DNA from: Torpedo marmorata
Lineage: Eukaryota
Length of the DNA stretch: 64,000 nt
Assembly (NCBI GenBank): GCA_977017645.1
Contig: OZ360224.1
Span: 177,692,001-177,756,000 of the forward strand
Direction: 5' to 3'
Below, one piece after another: positions 1 to 12,800 of this stretch; position 1 is the first letter of the stretch, and each line of letters begins with the position of its first letter. A program made the position numbers and the translations under genes. The notes below the pieces were generated by a model. The model was given only the letters and a program-made list of their open reading frames with translations, did no database searches and had not been told where the DNA came from.

Positions 1-325
1 ACGAGGAGGCTGCAACCAACCATCCCCTTCTCTTGGTGGACATCATAATTGCCTTTAAAAATGATGAGATGGGATAGTGATGGATTTTCCCCATCTAATT
101 CAGTGGAGATAACCAGATTGCTGCTATTCCACCCCAAACCATGCACTGATGTCTTTGAAACAGCGACTGCTCTGACGTGTCCCAATTCCACTTCAGAGGT
201 TCCAAGGCTACCCTCCGATGTATTAAACAAAGATTATTATATCATATCTGACACTACTTTGAGAATCCAAACAAGTCACATGGGCTGTGGGTAGCATTGA
301 CTGTATTGGTTTGGATTGCGGTTAC

Positions 326-514
326 CTGGTGCTCAGCGATAAGGGTTTTGACTTCTTCAATCTCCTGGGGGAGTGTCTCTTGGTCTCTCTGAGTGAGTAT
401 TGTCTCTGCCCACTGTAGCCAACCCAAAAGGCTCTCCAACAACTCCTGATTGGCAATAACATCAGCGAGGGCTGCTTCCAGGCGCAGTTGATGCTGCTTG
501 GACCATGCAGTTAC
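326..514 (-). CDS. DST: DST exon, 189 nt ([10 protein letters not shown]...TLIAEHQ)
   Basis: taccag|GTA ... CAG|gtaacc; phase 0/0. Confidence 0.93.
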
Positions 515-805
515 CTGGTATTTTAAGTACAAACAAAACGTTACAAAAGATGTTGGAGTTTGAAGCAGCACCTGGAAATGCACAGGCTTTGCTCCTGCAT
601 TTTCCAGCAGCAATAATCCAACATGATTTGATTATTGAGGGCTGGGTGCCACAAACTTCTGTCCAGCATGAGGCACACCAATCCTATCCGCTATCAATCC
701 AGGCATTGCCGCCTTGACTTTCACCCATTTGTTCAAGTTTATTATCTGACTGTACATATACAACCAGACGAAACAGCATTTCTCTGGACCACGGTGCGCG
801 CGGGT

Positions 806-841
<36 letters not shown>

Positions 842-3800
842 TGCGCGCGGGTGCACACACACACACACACAGAGCACGTAATAATCCCATATGTACATCT
901 ATATTCCCGTGTCGTTAGATCCTATGGCTCTGTTCTTGCTCCTTGGATGTACTGCCTGACACAGCATCAACCACTCTGAGAGAGCAGAGGGAAAAAGAAA
1001 TTCATCAGCTTTTACTACACGGGGAGCATGTGCTTGTTGATCAAGAACAAAAACAAAAGTGAGTGTTAGGTCAAACCGCAACACCTCTGAAGCCCAGCAT
1101 CGACTGATGTGAGATAGCAGGCTTGTCCAAAATCTACACTGAGGGATGGAGTTGAGCAACAAAACTCCGTGACCAAGAGCTTTGAGCACAGACTCATCTA
1201 CAGCAAATAGCAGGGCCTTGGGAAGTGTTGTCGAACAGAGAGGTCACAAGGGGTATATGTACACAGTCCCCAGGAAGATGCTAGACAGGGTGGTGCAGAG
1301 GTGATTGGCACACGTGTTCATCAGTCAGGGTGTGGAGTGCAGGAGCTGGGATGTCATGTACAGCTATACAAGACATTGGTAAGCCCACACTTGGAATGAC
1401 ATGCGCAGTTCTGGTTGCCTTCTTCATGGAAGGATGTCATTAAACTGGAAAGAGAACAAAGATTCACAAGGATGTTATCAGGGCTGCAGAGCTTGGGTTA
1501 TAGAGAAAGGCTGGGAATGGCTGGGACATTTTTCCCTTGAGTGTAGGAGGCTTATGCAAAATCATGAGGAGCATAGATAAGGTGACTAGTTTCAGTCTTT
1601 TCCCCCAGGGTTACAGAACCTAAAAGGAGAGGACACAGGTTAAAGGTGTGGGGGGAAGGATTTAGAAGGGAACTTAAGGCTCACATTTTCCACACAGAGG
1701 TTGGTGGGTATATGGAACGAGCTGCCAGGGGAAATGGTAGCGGGTGGGGTGGGGCGGGGGGTACAATTGCAACATTTGAGACATTTGGAGAGAAAAGGGT
1801 GGAGGGATATGGACCAAGTGCAGGGAAAGCTTAGATGGACAACTTGGTCAACATGGGTGTGTTGGACTGAAGGGTCAGTTTCAATTCCTCATCGTTCTAT
1901 AACTTTCATTTGGTGATAACCTTTAACCATCCGCTTATTGACTGTTTAGCCTCCTCTCCCCTGAAGTCAAGTCAAGTTTATTGTCAGATTTTAGATTTAT
2001 TGTCAGAGTACATACATGACATCACATACAACCCTGAGATTCCTTTTTTCCTGCGGGTGCGGCAGAATTACCACTAATTGGTAGTGCAAAAAAAACTGTA
2101 CACAGCGTAAACACATAAACAATCAAAAGAACTGTAAACAGATAACGAATGTAAACAAGCTGACTGTGCAATACAGGGAGAGCAAAGAAAATCAATAAAG
2201 TACACAAGTAAGAGTCCTTAAATGAGTCTCTGATTGAGTTTGTCGTTGAGGATTCTGATGGTGGAGGGATAGCAGCTGTTCCTGAACCTGGTGGTGCGAG
2301 TCTTGTGGCACCTATACCTCTTTCCTGATGGCAGCAGTGAGAACAGAGCGTGTGCTGGGTGTCATCTGATTGTACAAGTACAACTTGACGAAACAGCGTT
2401 TTCCGGTCCTCGGTGCAAAACATGCAGACACACAACCAGACATAACACACATACAGACAAACAATACATATGCAGGACAAGTATTTTATCTATACAAGTA
2501 AATAAATAAATATTGTTTTGTTCAAATGAAAGTCTCCAAAGTTAGTGTGAGCAGTTCCTTTGATCGTTCAGCATTTTCACTGCCCGTGGGAAGAAGCTGT
2601 TCCTCAGCCTGGTGGTGCTGGCTCTGATACTCCTGTATCTCTTCCCTGATGGAACATGCTGTGTGCAGGGTGGAAGGGGTCCTTAATGATTTTGCGCGCC
2701 CTCTTCAGACAACGATCCCAGTAGATCATGTCGATGGGGGGGAGGGAGACTCCAGTGATGCTCTCCGCCACTCTTATTATCCTGTGGATTGTCCTCCGAT
2801 CCATTTCTCTGCAGCAACCCGTACCACACTGTGATGCAGCCGGCCAGGATGCTCTCGATAGAGCTCCTATAAAAGGTTGACATAATGATGGCCGGTAGCC
2901 TTGCCCGCTTCAGTCTTCTCAGGAAGTGTAATCACTGTTGTGCCTTCCTGACAAGTGAGGAGATGTTGAGTGTCCACGATAGGACACTAGTTAAGTGAAC
3001 TCCACGGAACTTGGGTGCTCTCCACTCTCTCTACAACAGAGTTGTTGATGTGTAGTGGAGGGTGGTCGTTCCTGGTCCTCCTGAAGTCCACGATCATCTC
3101 CTTCGTCTTGTCCATGTTGAGACTCAGGTTGTTACTCTCGCACCATTTTCACAAGATTTTACACCTTTTCATCACAGTGTGACTCATCGTTGTTGCTGAT
3201 GAGGCCAACTACTGTTGTGTCATCTGCAAACCTGATGACACTGTTGGAACTGGATCTGGGGATGCAGTCGTGTGTCAGTAGCGTGAACAGGAAGCGTTAA
3301 CTAAACTACGAAGAGTGGTGATGCCTCAGTTATCGAGGAGTGGTGATGGGAACTGTCAATGGGGTGGGGAATCTTCTAAAGTCCACATCTCACCAGCCAA
3401 CAAAGGGTGCGCAACAATTGTGTTTTAGAGCCCACAACAGCTATTGATAAATGCACAGCAAAGAAATAATTGGAGTTCATATATTCCACACTGGTTTAGT
3501 GACTCAAAGTGCTTGAACATATATTTGTCTGCCACATTTCAAAAGTACCCTGAGCAGATTGAAGCCACACTTCTACATCGTTAACTTGATATATACGACT
3601 GTAGTGGGTGTATCGTATGTACCAGAGTTGCTGCTGCAAGTAAGAATTTTGGCACATCGGTGCATTGTATTTGTGTACATGACCATAATTATCTCATCTC
3701 AGATTAGTTACCTCTTCAAATCGCGCTCGGATTATCGTGATCCAGTGCTTGATGGTTATGATGGAGTCTGGGTGGCAGATGGACAGGATGGATTCCCCCA

Positions 3801-6800
3801 TACCCACAGCGGCATTCAGCCCAACCATCTTCTCTTCCAGTTTCTTCACAAAGTCCTTAAAAAAATCAAAAATAAGTCATCAGTGCAAAGCCAAAACTTA
3901 ATGAACATCAATGAAATACACTGGTTTCCTATTACATGGTGGAGTAAAGTGGGATGATTTGTGCAAAATACTTAGCATCCAGCCATTTCCTTCAGGATGT
4001 CAGCACAGTGGTGACCTGCCCCACTCCCAATCACTCTCTTCAGCATCATTGCAACACAAATACCTCAGCCATTCCATCCACTGTGGTGCCAAATGAGCGC
4101 TGTCTTCCCACAGAGATACTGAGGGAGCACTGTCTCCCCAGTGCAGTACTGAGGGAGCACTGCCCTCCCAGTGCAGTACAGAGGGAGCGCTGCCCTCCCT
4201 GTGCAATACAGAGGGAGCGCTGCCCTCCCAGTGCAGTACTGAGGGAGCACTGCCCTCCCTGTGAAATACAGAGGGAGTGCTGCCCTCCCAGTGCAGTACT
4301 GAGGGAGCACTGCCCTCCCAGTGCAGTACTGAGGGAGCCGTGCCCTCCCCATGCAGTACAGAGGGAGCGCTGCCCTCCCCGTGTAGTACAGAGGGAGCCA
4401 TGCCCTCCCCGTGCAGTAGAGGGAGCCGTGCCCTCCCAGTGTAGTACAGAGGGAGCCGTGCCCTCCCCGTGCAGTACAGAGGGAGCGCTGCCCTCCCAGT
4501 GTAGTACAGAGGGAGCCATGCCCTCCCCATGCAGTCGAGGGAGCCGTGCCCACCCAGTGTAGTATAGAGGGAGCCCTGCCATCCCCGTGCAGTACAGAGG
4601 GAGCCCTGCCCTCCCAGTCTAGTACAGAGGGAGTGCTGCCCTCCCAGTGCAGTACTGAGGGAGCGCTGCCCTCCCAGTGCAGTACTGAGGGAGCCCTGCC
4701 CTCCCAGTGCAGTACTGAGGGAGCGCTGCCCTCCCAGTGCAGTACTGAGGGAGCCCTGCCCTCCCAGTGCAGTACTGAGGGAGCGCTGCCCTCCCAGTGC
4801 AGTAATGAGGGAGCGCTGCCCTCCCAGTGCAGTAATGAGGGAGCGCTGCCCTCCCCGTGTAGTACAGAGGGAGCACTGCCCTCCCCGTGCAGTACAGAGG
4901 GAGCCCTGCCCTCCCAGTGTAGTACTGAGGGAGCGCTGCCCTCCCAGTGCAGTACTGAGGGAGCCCTGCCCTCCCAGTGCAGTACTGAGGGAGCCCTGCC
5001 CTCCCAGTGTCGTGCAGAGGGAGCCCTGCCCTCCCTGTGCAGTACAGAGGGAGCCCTGCCCTCCCAGTGTAGTACAGAGGGAGCGCTGCCATCCCAGTGT
5101 AGTACAGAGGGAGCGCTGCCCTCCCAGTGTAGTACAGAGGAAGCGCTGCCCTCCCAGTGTAGTACAGAGGGAGCGCTGCCCTCCCAGTGTAGTACAGAGG
5201 GAGCGTTGCCCTCCCAGTGTAGTACAGAGGGAGCGCTGCCCTCCCAGTGTAGTACAGAGGGAGCGCTTCCCTCCCAGTGTAGTACAGAGAGAGCCCTGCC
5301 CTCCCCATGCAGTAGAGGGAGCCCTGCCCTCCCAGTGTAGTAGAGGGAGTGCTGCCCTCCCAGTGTAGTACAGAGGGAGCGCTGCCCTCCCAGTGTAGTA
5401 CAGAGGGAGCGCAGCCCTCCCAGTGTAGTACAGAGGGAGCGTTGCCCTCCCCATGCAGTACAGAGGGAGTGCTGCCCTCCCAGTGTAGTACAGAGAGAGC
5501 GCTGCCCTCCCAGTGTAGTACAGAGGGAGCGCTGCCCTCCCAGTGTAGTGCAGAGGGAGCCGTGCCCTCCCCGTGCAGTAGAGGGAGCGCTGCCCTCCCA
5601 GTGTAGTACAGAGGGAGCGCTGCCCTCCCAGTGTAGTACAGAGAGAGCGCTGCCCTCCCAGTGTAGTGCAGAGGGAGCCGTGCCCTCCCCGTGCAGTAGA
5701 GGGAGCGCTGCCCTCCCAGTGTAGTACAGAGGGAGCGCTGCCCTCCCAGTGTTGTACAGAGGGAGCGCTGCCCTCCCAGTGTAGTACAGAGAGAACGCTG
5801 CCCTCCCAGTGTAGTGCAGAGGGCGCCATGCCCTCCCCATGCAGTAGAGGGAGCCGTGCCCTCCCCGTGCAGTAGAGGGAGCGCTGAACTCCCAGTGTAG
5901 TACAGAGGGAGTCCTGCCCTCCCCATGCAGTAGAGGGAGCGCTGAACTCCCAGTGTAGTACAGAGGGAGCGCTGCCCTCCCAGTGTAGTACAGAGGGAGC
6001 CGTGCCTTCCCCGTGTAGTAGAGGGAGCCGTGCCCTCCCCGTGCAGTAGAGGGAGCCCTGCCCTCCCAGTGTAGTACAGAGGGAGCCGTGCCCTCCCCGT
6101 GCAGTAGAGGGAGTGCTGAACTCCCAACGTTAGTTTTCCAACACTTTCCGATAGGACCTGAAACGATGGTTAGTCCTAAGTTATTACGAAAGTAATGTGA
6201 CCACCATGCCATTGGTTTTCATTGGCAGAAGTGGGTTCAATGTTGCCGATAAACTCATCAGCTGCAGGACCTGACCCCGCGCTGGCATGTTCCATGGGCC
6301 CCTTTCAAAACTACTTTTGTTCATGCTCTTTCCAACCTTGTGTTGATCGATGAGCACGTGGAGAGCATCGTGGTCGTCTGGCAAAATGCCGTGGAAACGA
6401 AGGGTCTGCTCCGCTTCGGCCAGCCACTCCAGCAGCACGTGCACCGCAGAGTGGAATTCCTCAGCCTGTAAGTGCAACATCCATTTGTTACCACACTCGC
6501 AACTGCCTCAGCCAACACGTCACAGATATTATTAAGCTGTATTAACTTTGAAGAAGGGGAGGGGAAAAATAAAATATCGAGAAGATTGGCAAGCTCGCTT
6601 GGAGCAGAAGGTTGAGTGAACAGAGAGAAGCTGGAGGGACTCAGCAGCTCAGGCAGCATCCATGGGTGAAGGGTCTCGTCTCAGAACATTGACTGTCTAT
6701 TTCTACCCTTTGATGCTAGCCTGACCCGCTGAAATGCCGACTGCCTGTTGCTTTCCCTGGATGCGAGTGACCTGCTGAGTTCGTCCAACACTTCTGTGTC

Positions 6801-9800
6801 TTGTTCTCGCTCTCCAGTATCTGCAGACTCCCTGCTTCTCTCCACCTTTTCCTTGCTCACTCAACATTCCAGGGCCCGCAGTTTTTTTTTTTGCAGTTCT
6901 CTCGGAAGCAGAAGGTTGTCCCAAGGCACAAGTGGACCAGGGAGAGCAAAGGTCAGCTGCGTCAGCTGAGGAAGGGAATGACGTCGCATCCTTCAGCCAT
7001 GGGGAGTAACATTTGGTCTTTGAACTGGAGGAGAAGTGGAACCAAAGTGAGCACACACAATTAAAATGCGAACCATGCGCAGTGTTTTGGGAAAGGATTG
7101 GGAGCAGAATTATTTGAAGAATGGGCGACACGGTTAGCGTAGCGGTTAGCACAACGCTATTACAGCACCAGCGACTCGGGCTCCAATCTGCCGCTGTCTG
7201 TAAAGAGTTTGTACGTTCTCCCCATCCCCATGTCTGAGTGGGTTTCCTCCGGGTGCTCCGGATTCCTCCCACCCTCCAAAAACAAAGAGGGTTTGTAGGT
7301 AATTGGTGTATTTGGGCGGCATGGGCTCATGGGCCGAAGGGCCTGTTGCCGTGCTGGATGTCTAAATTAAAAAAATTAAAACTCCTTCAAGGGTCTAATT
7401 GGCTGAAAGGAATGGGAGCGGAGATGCTTGGAGAGCTCCTTCAAAGGTGTGATGGGCCAAATGGCCTGCTGTGCAGCAGAGATGCTGATTCCACTCAGTT
7501 CTGGTGGTCCCAGCAGAAAGTGGATGTCAGTCGAGGACAAGAGGCTCAGCTGCAGTGCTCCCTGCGGGGATAACTACGTTCATTATCAGTCGTGCTGTCA
7601 GCAATCATCTTAAGGAGATGCAGGACTGACAGATAATTTAGCAATTGTGATGTACTGATAGCCTTAAGAGGGGAGAAAAGAAACCAAATAACTTTTGACG
7701 AAAATCCCCGCTTCGTTGCACCTGGATAATAAGGTGATGTTTTGGTGCTGAAGTCCTTTTACCTGGTTGAGGGCTTGTTCCAGTCTGGCTTGTTTGGAGA
7801 CAGAGAGAGCACACACGGTCTCCCAGCGAGTACTAAGCTCTTGCATCTGCACTTTGACCCAGGATGAATCATCGCGGCTGGCCTCAACCAGCTCGCGGGC
7901 TGAGCGCTTGAGAGCCTGCACGCCACTCGTCCGTTTGCCCAGCTCCTTCTGGAAGACCTGCACAGAAAACGGAGGCTCGTCAGCTGCTCAGAATAGCATG
8001 GCAACTGGGAACACACGCACAGAACAGGCTGCAAGCCACTGAGTAGGTGGGTCTACACGCTCGACGTGACAACAGCAGTACAGCCATTGCCCTGTTTACA
8101 AAAGGGCTGGGCTCCTGGAAAATGTTTCGCTCAGTGCAAGTATGTTAATCAAAAAGGCCGTGATACAAAGTACTCCCATAGCCAGAGACTGGCATAGTAT
8201 TCTTGGGAGAGATAAACTGCTTTGTAAACTGAAGTCATGTACCACTAAAAACCCAATGGTGTCATAGAGAAAATTTGTAAATAGAACATTAGAGAATCAC
8301 GGAATATCAGCACAAATATATTTGCAATGTGAATACATCAAAATTGTAGCAGAATGACAGGCCACTTGACCCTTCTAACTGGTTTAGCCTCCACATTTGC
8401 TTTTTCACATCATCCATCCTAACATTATAATTTTCATTTTTTTCTTTGATATCTTAAATTCCTCAGTGTCAGACCTTGTTTATTAATATCGAGCACAGTA
8501 AAATATTCCACCACTGAATAAGCAAAATAAACCGATGGCACGGTAATAAAAGGGGTTCACAAGTTTTAGGTGGTAGATGAGCTGTGCTTATAACTCCAAG
8601 CTGTACCAAAATATAACGTGTTCTTAGTGGATGTTATGTTTCAAAGATTTAATGTACCATCTGATGCCTATTTGTTGGTTAAATTTGACACACCAGTCAC
8701 AATTGCAAGAGATTTCTGCATTTTTTTTGACAAGTAAATGATTGTTACAACGCAATGACCAAATAAACTTGTTGAATAAAGGCCAGGCAAATCACCCTGT
8801 GCTTGATTAGGATATTACTTCAGGTGATGGATGCAGTGAAGTTTGGGGTTTGGAGGTGGGGTGGGTGATGGGAAGAGATCCATTGGCCAACTTCACTGGA
8901 GACGACAATACCTTGTGAGCGTCAATCAGGTTCATGACGAGGTCAATGTCGCCGTGCACCGGCTGATCTTCAGCCAGCAGGGGCTCGATCTTGTACAGCC
9001 AATCGATCAGAGCTTGCAGGGCATCCGTAAACTGGCCTGAAAACAGTAGCGCTTCCTCCAATTTGTTCTGCCTGAAAGACAAACAGAAATGTACACTTGA
9101 CCTCCGCCAAACGACAGCCACAATCCAATTTTATTCAAGCTAAATGCAAGGTTGGAAAGGCACAATCTGTCCACAGGAAGGGTTTTATTCATTAAAACAA
9201 TCCCGTGGCCCTTGTGCTGTGCACATTTAAAAGAAGACCATGGCCCAGTCTGCTCAATGTTTCCTCAGAAGACAATTCGCCTACCTCAGGAAAGAAACCT
9301 ACAGTATATCATATCCCCTTTCACAAAAGTATATCCTTCTCCAAGCAGAGCACAAACCTGTACACATGATATCAGGTGCAATCGCTGGAGTAAACTGCTT
9401 TTCTCTTGTACTCAAACCATTTTGTAGTAAAGTCCTATGCACCATTCGCTTTAATTGCTTGCTGTTAACTACTTAACTACATCCCATTCCACCACCCAAG
9501 ACCACAAGACCGGTGGCTCAGTAATACAGAGACAAATACTGAGGAGAATTTTTAAAAATCTGCTGGAGGAAATCAGTGGGTCGAGCAGCATCAGTGGGAG
9601 AGAAAGAAAGCTGGATGTTTCAGGTCGGAGTCCTTCATCAAGTTTTGACAATTGTTAGGTTATAGTTTGATTTTACCAAGACAGAATGAATTAGAATTAT
9701 TAGTTACTAAAGGAGATGTAAATAAATTTATTTCTCAAATGTATAGATTGTTTCAGAGAAAAATTCCTAAAGTAGGAATTCATAAATCAAGATTAAAGTG

Positions 9801-12800
9801 GGAATTAGATTTGAATGTAACAATAGATGAAAATCATTGGAAAGAATTATGTAAATTAAGTATGACGAAGATTATCAATGTTAGATATAGATTAGTACAA
9901 TATAATTATTTTCATCAATTGTATTTAACGCCTAAAAAATTAAAGAAATTTAATCCGACATTATCAGGTTTATGTTTTAGATGTAATAAAGAGGAAGGTT
10001 CTTTCGTACATTTTACATGGTTTTGTCCAAAAGTTTATGATTTTTGGTTGAAAGTTAAAAAATGTTTAGACAAAGTATTAAAAATTACATTCCCAATGGA
10101 TCCTATGATATTTTTGTTTGGAGATATCAAAAAACTTAGTATTAAGATGAAATTAAATATGTATCAAATAGAATTTTTGCGAATTGCTTTAGCTGTTTCA
10201 AAGAAATGTATTGCTATTACTTGGAAATCTGACGTAGATTTAGGGTTAGAAAGATGTCATGCAGAACTTCGTTCATGTATACCACTTGAAAAAATTACTT
10301 ACAATTTACGTAATAAGTATAATTTCTTTTTAAAAATATGGAGCCCATATATGAAAGCTGTCGGTTTAAGGATCTGAAGATCTCTGGACATCGGATCTAC
10401 TGGCAAACCTAACCTCCATAATAGAATTAGTTTATAGATGTATTTTTTTAGATTGACATTCTCCTTACTCTATCTTTTTCTTTCTTTTTTATCTTTATTT
10501 TTATTTTATTAGATTAGTGGGGTTGGGAGGGTTGGGGAGGGGAGGGTGGGAGGGGAGGTGAAAATGTATCACAAGTATTTTGATAATTTCATATTTTACC
10601 TTATGTATTTTGTGATTTAAAATTTTAAATAAAATATTTAAAAAAAAAAAAGTTTTGACAATTGTTTTTTTGCGATTTGTTTTTGAGATGGCAGATTGTT
10701 TCAGTGTCTTGTGTCTCCTGAGGAGGAGAATGTTCACCCGACCTCAAGATGATGCTCAGTTCTCAACTCCTCCTGTCTCAGGAAGGACCTGGACCCACTT
10801 CAGTGCACCTATCGTCACAACAGGTCAATGGCAGATGCCATCTCACTGGCTCTCCTCTCTGTGTTAGTACACCAAGACCACAGGAACACCTACGTCAGGC
10901 TGTTGTTCATTGACCACAGCTCAATGTTCAACACCATCGTACCAGCAAAACTCATGACCAAGTTAAAGGATCTAGGACTGTTTGTCCCTCTGCAACTGGA
11001 TCCTCAACTTCCTCATCGGCATATCCCAATTAGTGCAGATCGGCAACATCCCTTCCTCTTCTCTAACCATCAACACGGGAATCTCAAGTCTGTGTGCTTA
11101 GTCCCCCTACTCTATTCCTTGTACACCCACGACTGCGTAGTCAAGTTCAGCTCCAACTCAATTGACAAATTCAATGATGACACCACCATTTTTGGCAGAA
11201 TAACTGAAAATGATGAGTCAGAATTCAGGTCAGCGATCGAGAACCTGGTTGGGTGGTGCCAGAACAACAATCTTGCTCTCAACATCACCACGACTAAGGA
11301 GCTGATTGTAGATTTTAGGAAGGAGAGGCAGAGGGACCACGCACCTGTCCGTATTGATGGGACGGAAGTGAAGAGGGTTAGAAGACAACCCCTCCTCCAA
11401 ATGATCAGGTGCTGTGTTTCAGTGGCCGACGTGAGGAGAGTGTTAAGCAAGGTTAACCCACAGAAAGCTGCTGGTCCAGATAACATTCCCGGCAGAGTGC
11501 TCAGGGGATGTGTGGCCCAGCTGGCTGATGTTCTCACCGACATCTTTAACATCTCCCTGAGCAGTGCCGTGGTTCCAACGTGCTTCAAAGCCGCTACCAT
11601 CATCCCCGTGCCGAAGAAGTCGACGGTGCCCTGCCTCAATGACTACCGCCCTGTCGCACTCACATCTACTGTCATGAAGTGCTTCGAGAGGCTCGTCATG
11701 AGGCACATCAAGTTGCTGCTGCCCCCCTCACTGGACCCCCTGCAGTTCGCATATAGATCAAATCGCTCCACAGATGATGCCATCATTACCACCCTCCACC
11801 TTGCCCTCACCCACCTGGAAAATAAGGACTTGTATGTTCGAATGCTGTTTATTGACTTCAGCTCAGCATTCAACACGATCATACCTCAGTAACTGATAGG
11901 GAAGTTGAGCGGGCTGGGCCTAAACTACACCCTCTGTAATTGGATCCTAGACTTCCTGACGGGAAAACCTCAGGCAGTCCGGATTGGAAACAGCACTTCT
12001 AAGGTCATTACATTGAGCACGGGGATCCCCAGGGCTGTGTGCTTAGTCCATTGTTGTTCACCCTGCTGACTCATGACTGTGCAGCAAAACACAGCTCGAA
12101 TCACATCATAAAGTTCGCTGATGATACAACCGTGGTGGGCCTTATCAGTAAGAACGATGAGTCAGCATACAGAGATGAGGTGCAGTCGCTAATGGAATGG
12201 AGCAGAGCCAACAACTTGCATCTGAATGTAAACAAAACGAAAGAGTTGGTTGTCGACTTCAGAAGGGCCCGTGGGGTTCATTCTCCATTGACCATGGACG
12301 GTTCTACCGTTGAGGTCGTAAAGATTACCAAGTTTCTTGGAGTGCACTTGGCGGAGAGTCTCAGCTGGTCCCTCAACACCAGTTCCATAGTCAAGAAAGC
12401 CCAGCAGCGCCTTCACTTCCTGCGAAGGCTGAGGAAAGTTCATCTCCCACCCCCTATCCTTACTACATTCTACAGGGGATGTATTGAGAGTATTCTGAGC
12501 AATTGCATCACCGCTTGGTTTGGAAACTGTACCATCTCGGACCGAAAGACCCTGCAGAGGATAGTGGGGTCAGCGGAGAAAATTATTGGAGCCTCTCTCC
12601 CCACCATGACGGACATCTACAACACATGATGCATGAGGAAGGCTAAAATCATTGTGAAGGACTTCTCACACCCCTTTGGTAAACTGTTTTCCCTTTTGCC
12701 ATCTGGAAGAAGGTACCGAAGCACTCGGGCTCGTACGTCCAGACTGTGCAACAGTCATAGGCTCTTTACTTGCCTGTTGTTTTGGCCGCGGGTGCCGGCG

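Noticed and set aside
632-979. CVCVCV / HTHTHT ORFs
   Set aside because: Translations of the (CA)n microsatellite.
4095-6125. CRISPR-like array of ~30-bp palindromic repeats
   Set aside because: Units are head-to-tail with no unique spacers, there are no cas genes, and the context is a vertebrate intron.
3954-6212. Long ORFs of 178-715 aa on both strands
   Set aside because: They are translations of the 30-bp minisatellite, whose minus strand happens to lack stop codons. Read-through from the DST exon at 6337 stops at 6184, before the array.
7123-7200. tRNA genes at SINE heads
   Set aside because: They are tRNA-derived SINE heads followed by a V-domain-like core and a LINE-like tail, with no complete cloverleaf.
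10828-11892. 354-aa reverse transcriptase as a real gene
   Set aside because: Chance in-frame fusion of two nested Rex1 fragments; motifs are out of order and the catalytic motif is degenerate (KFNDD).
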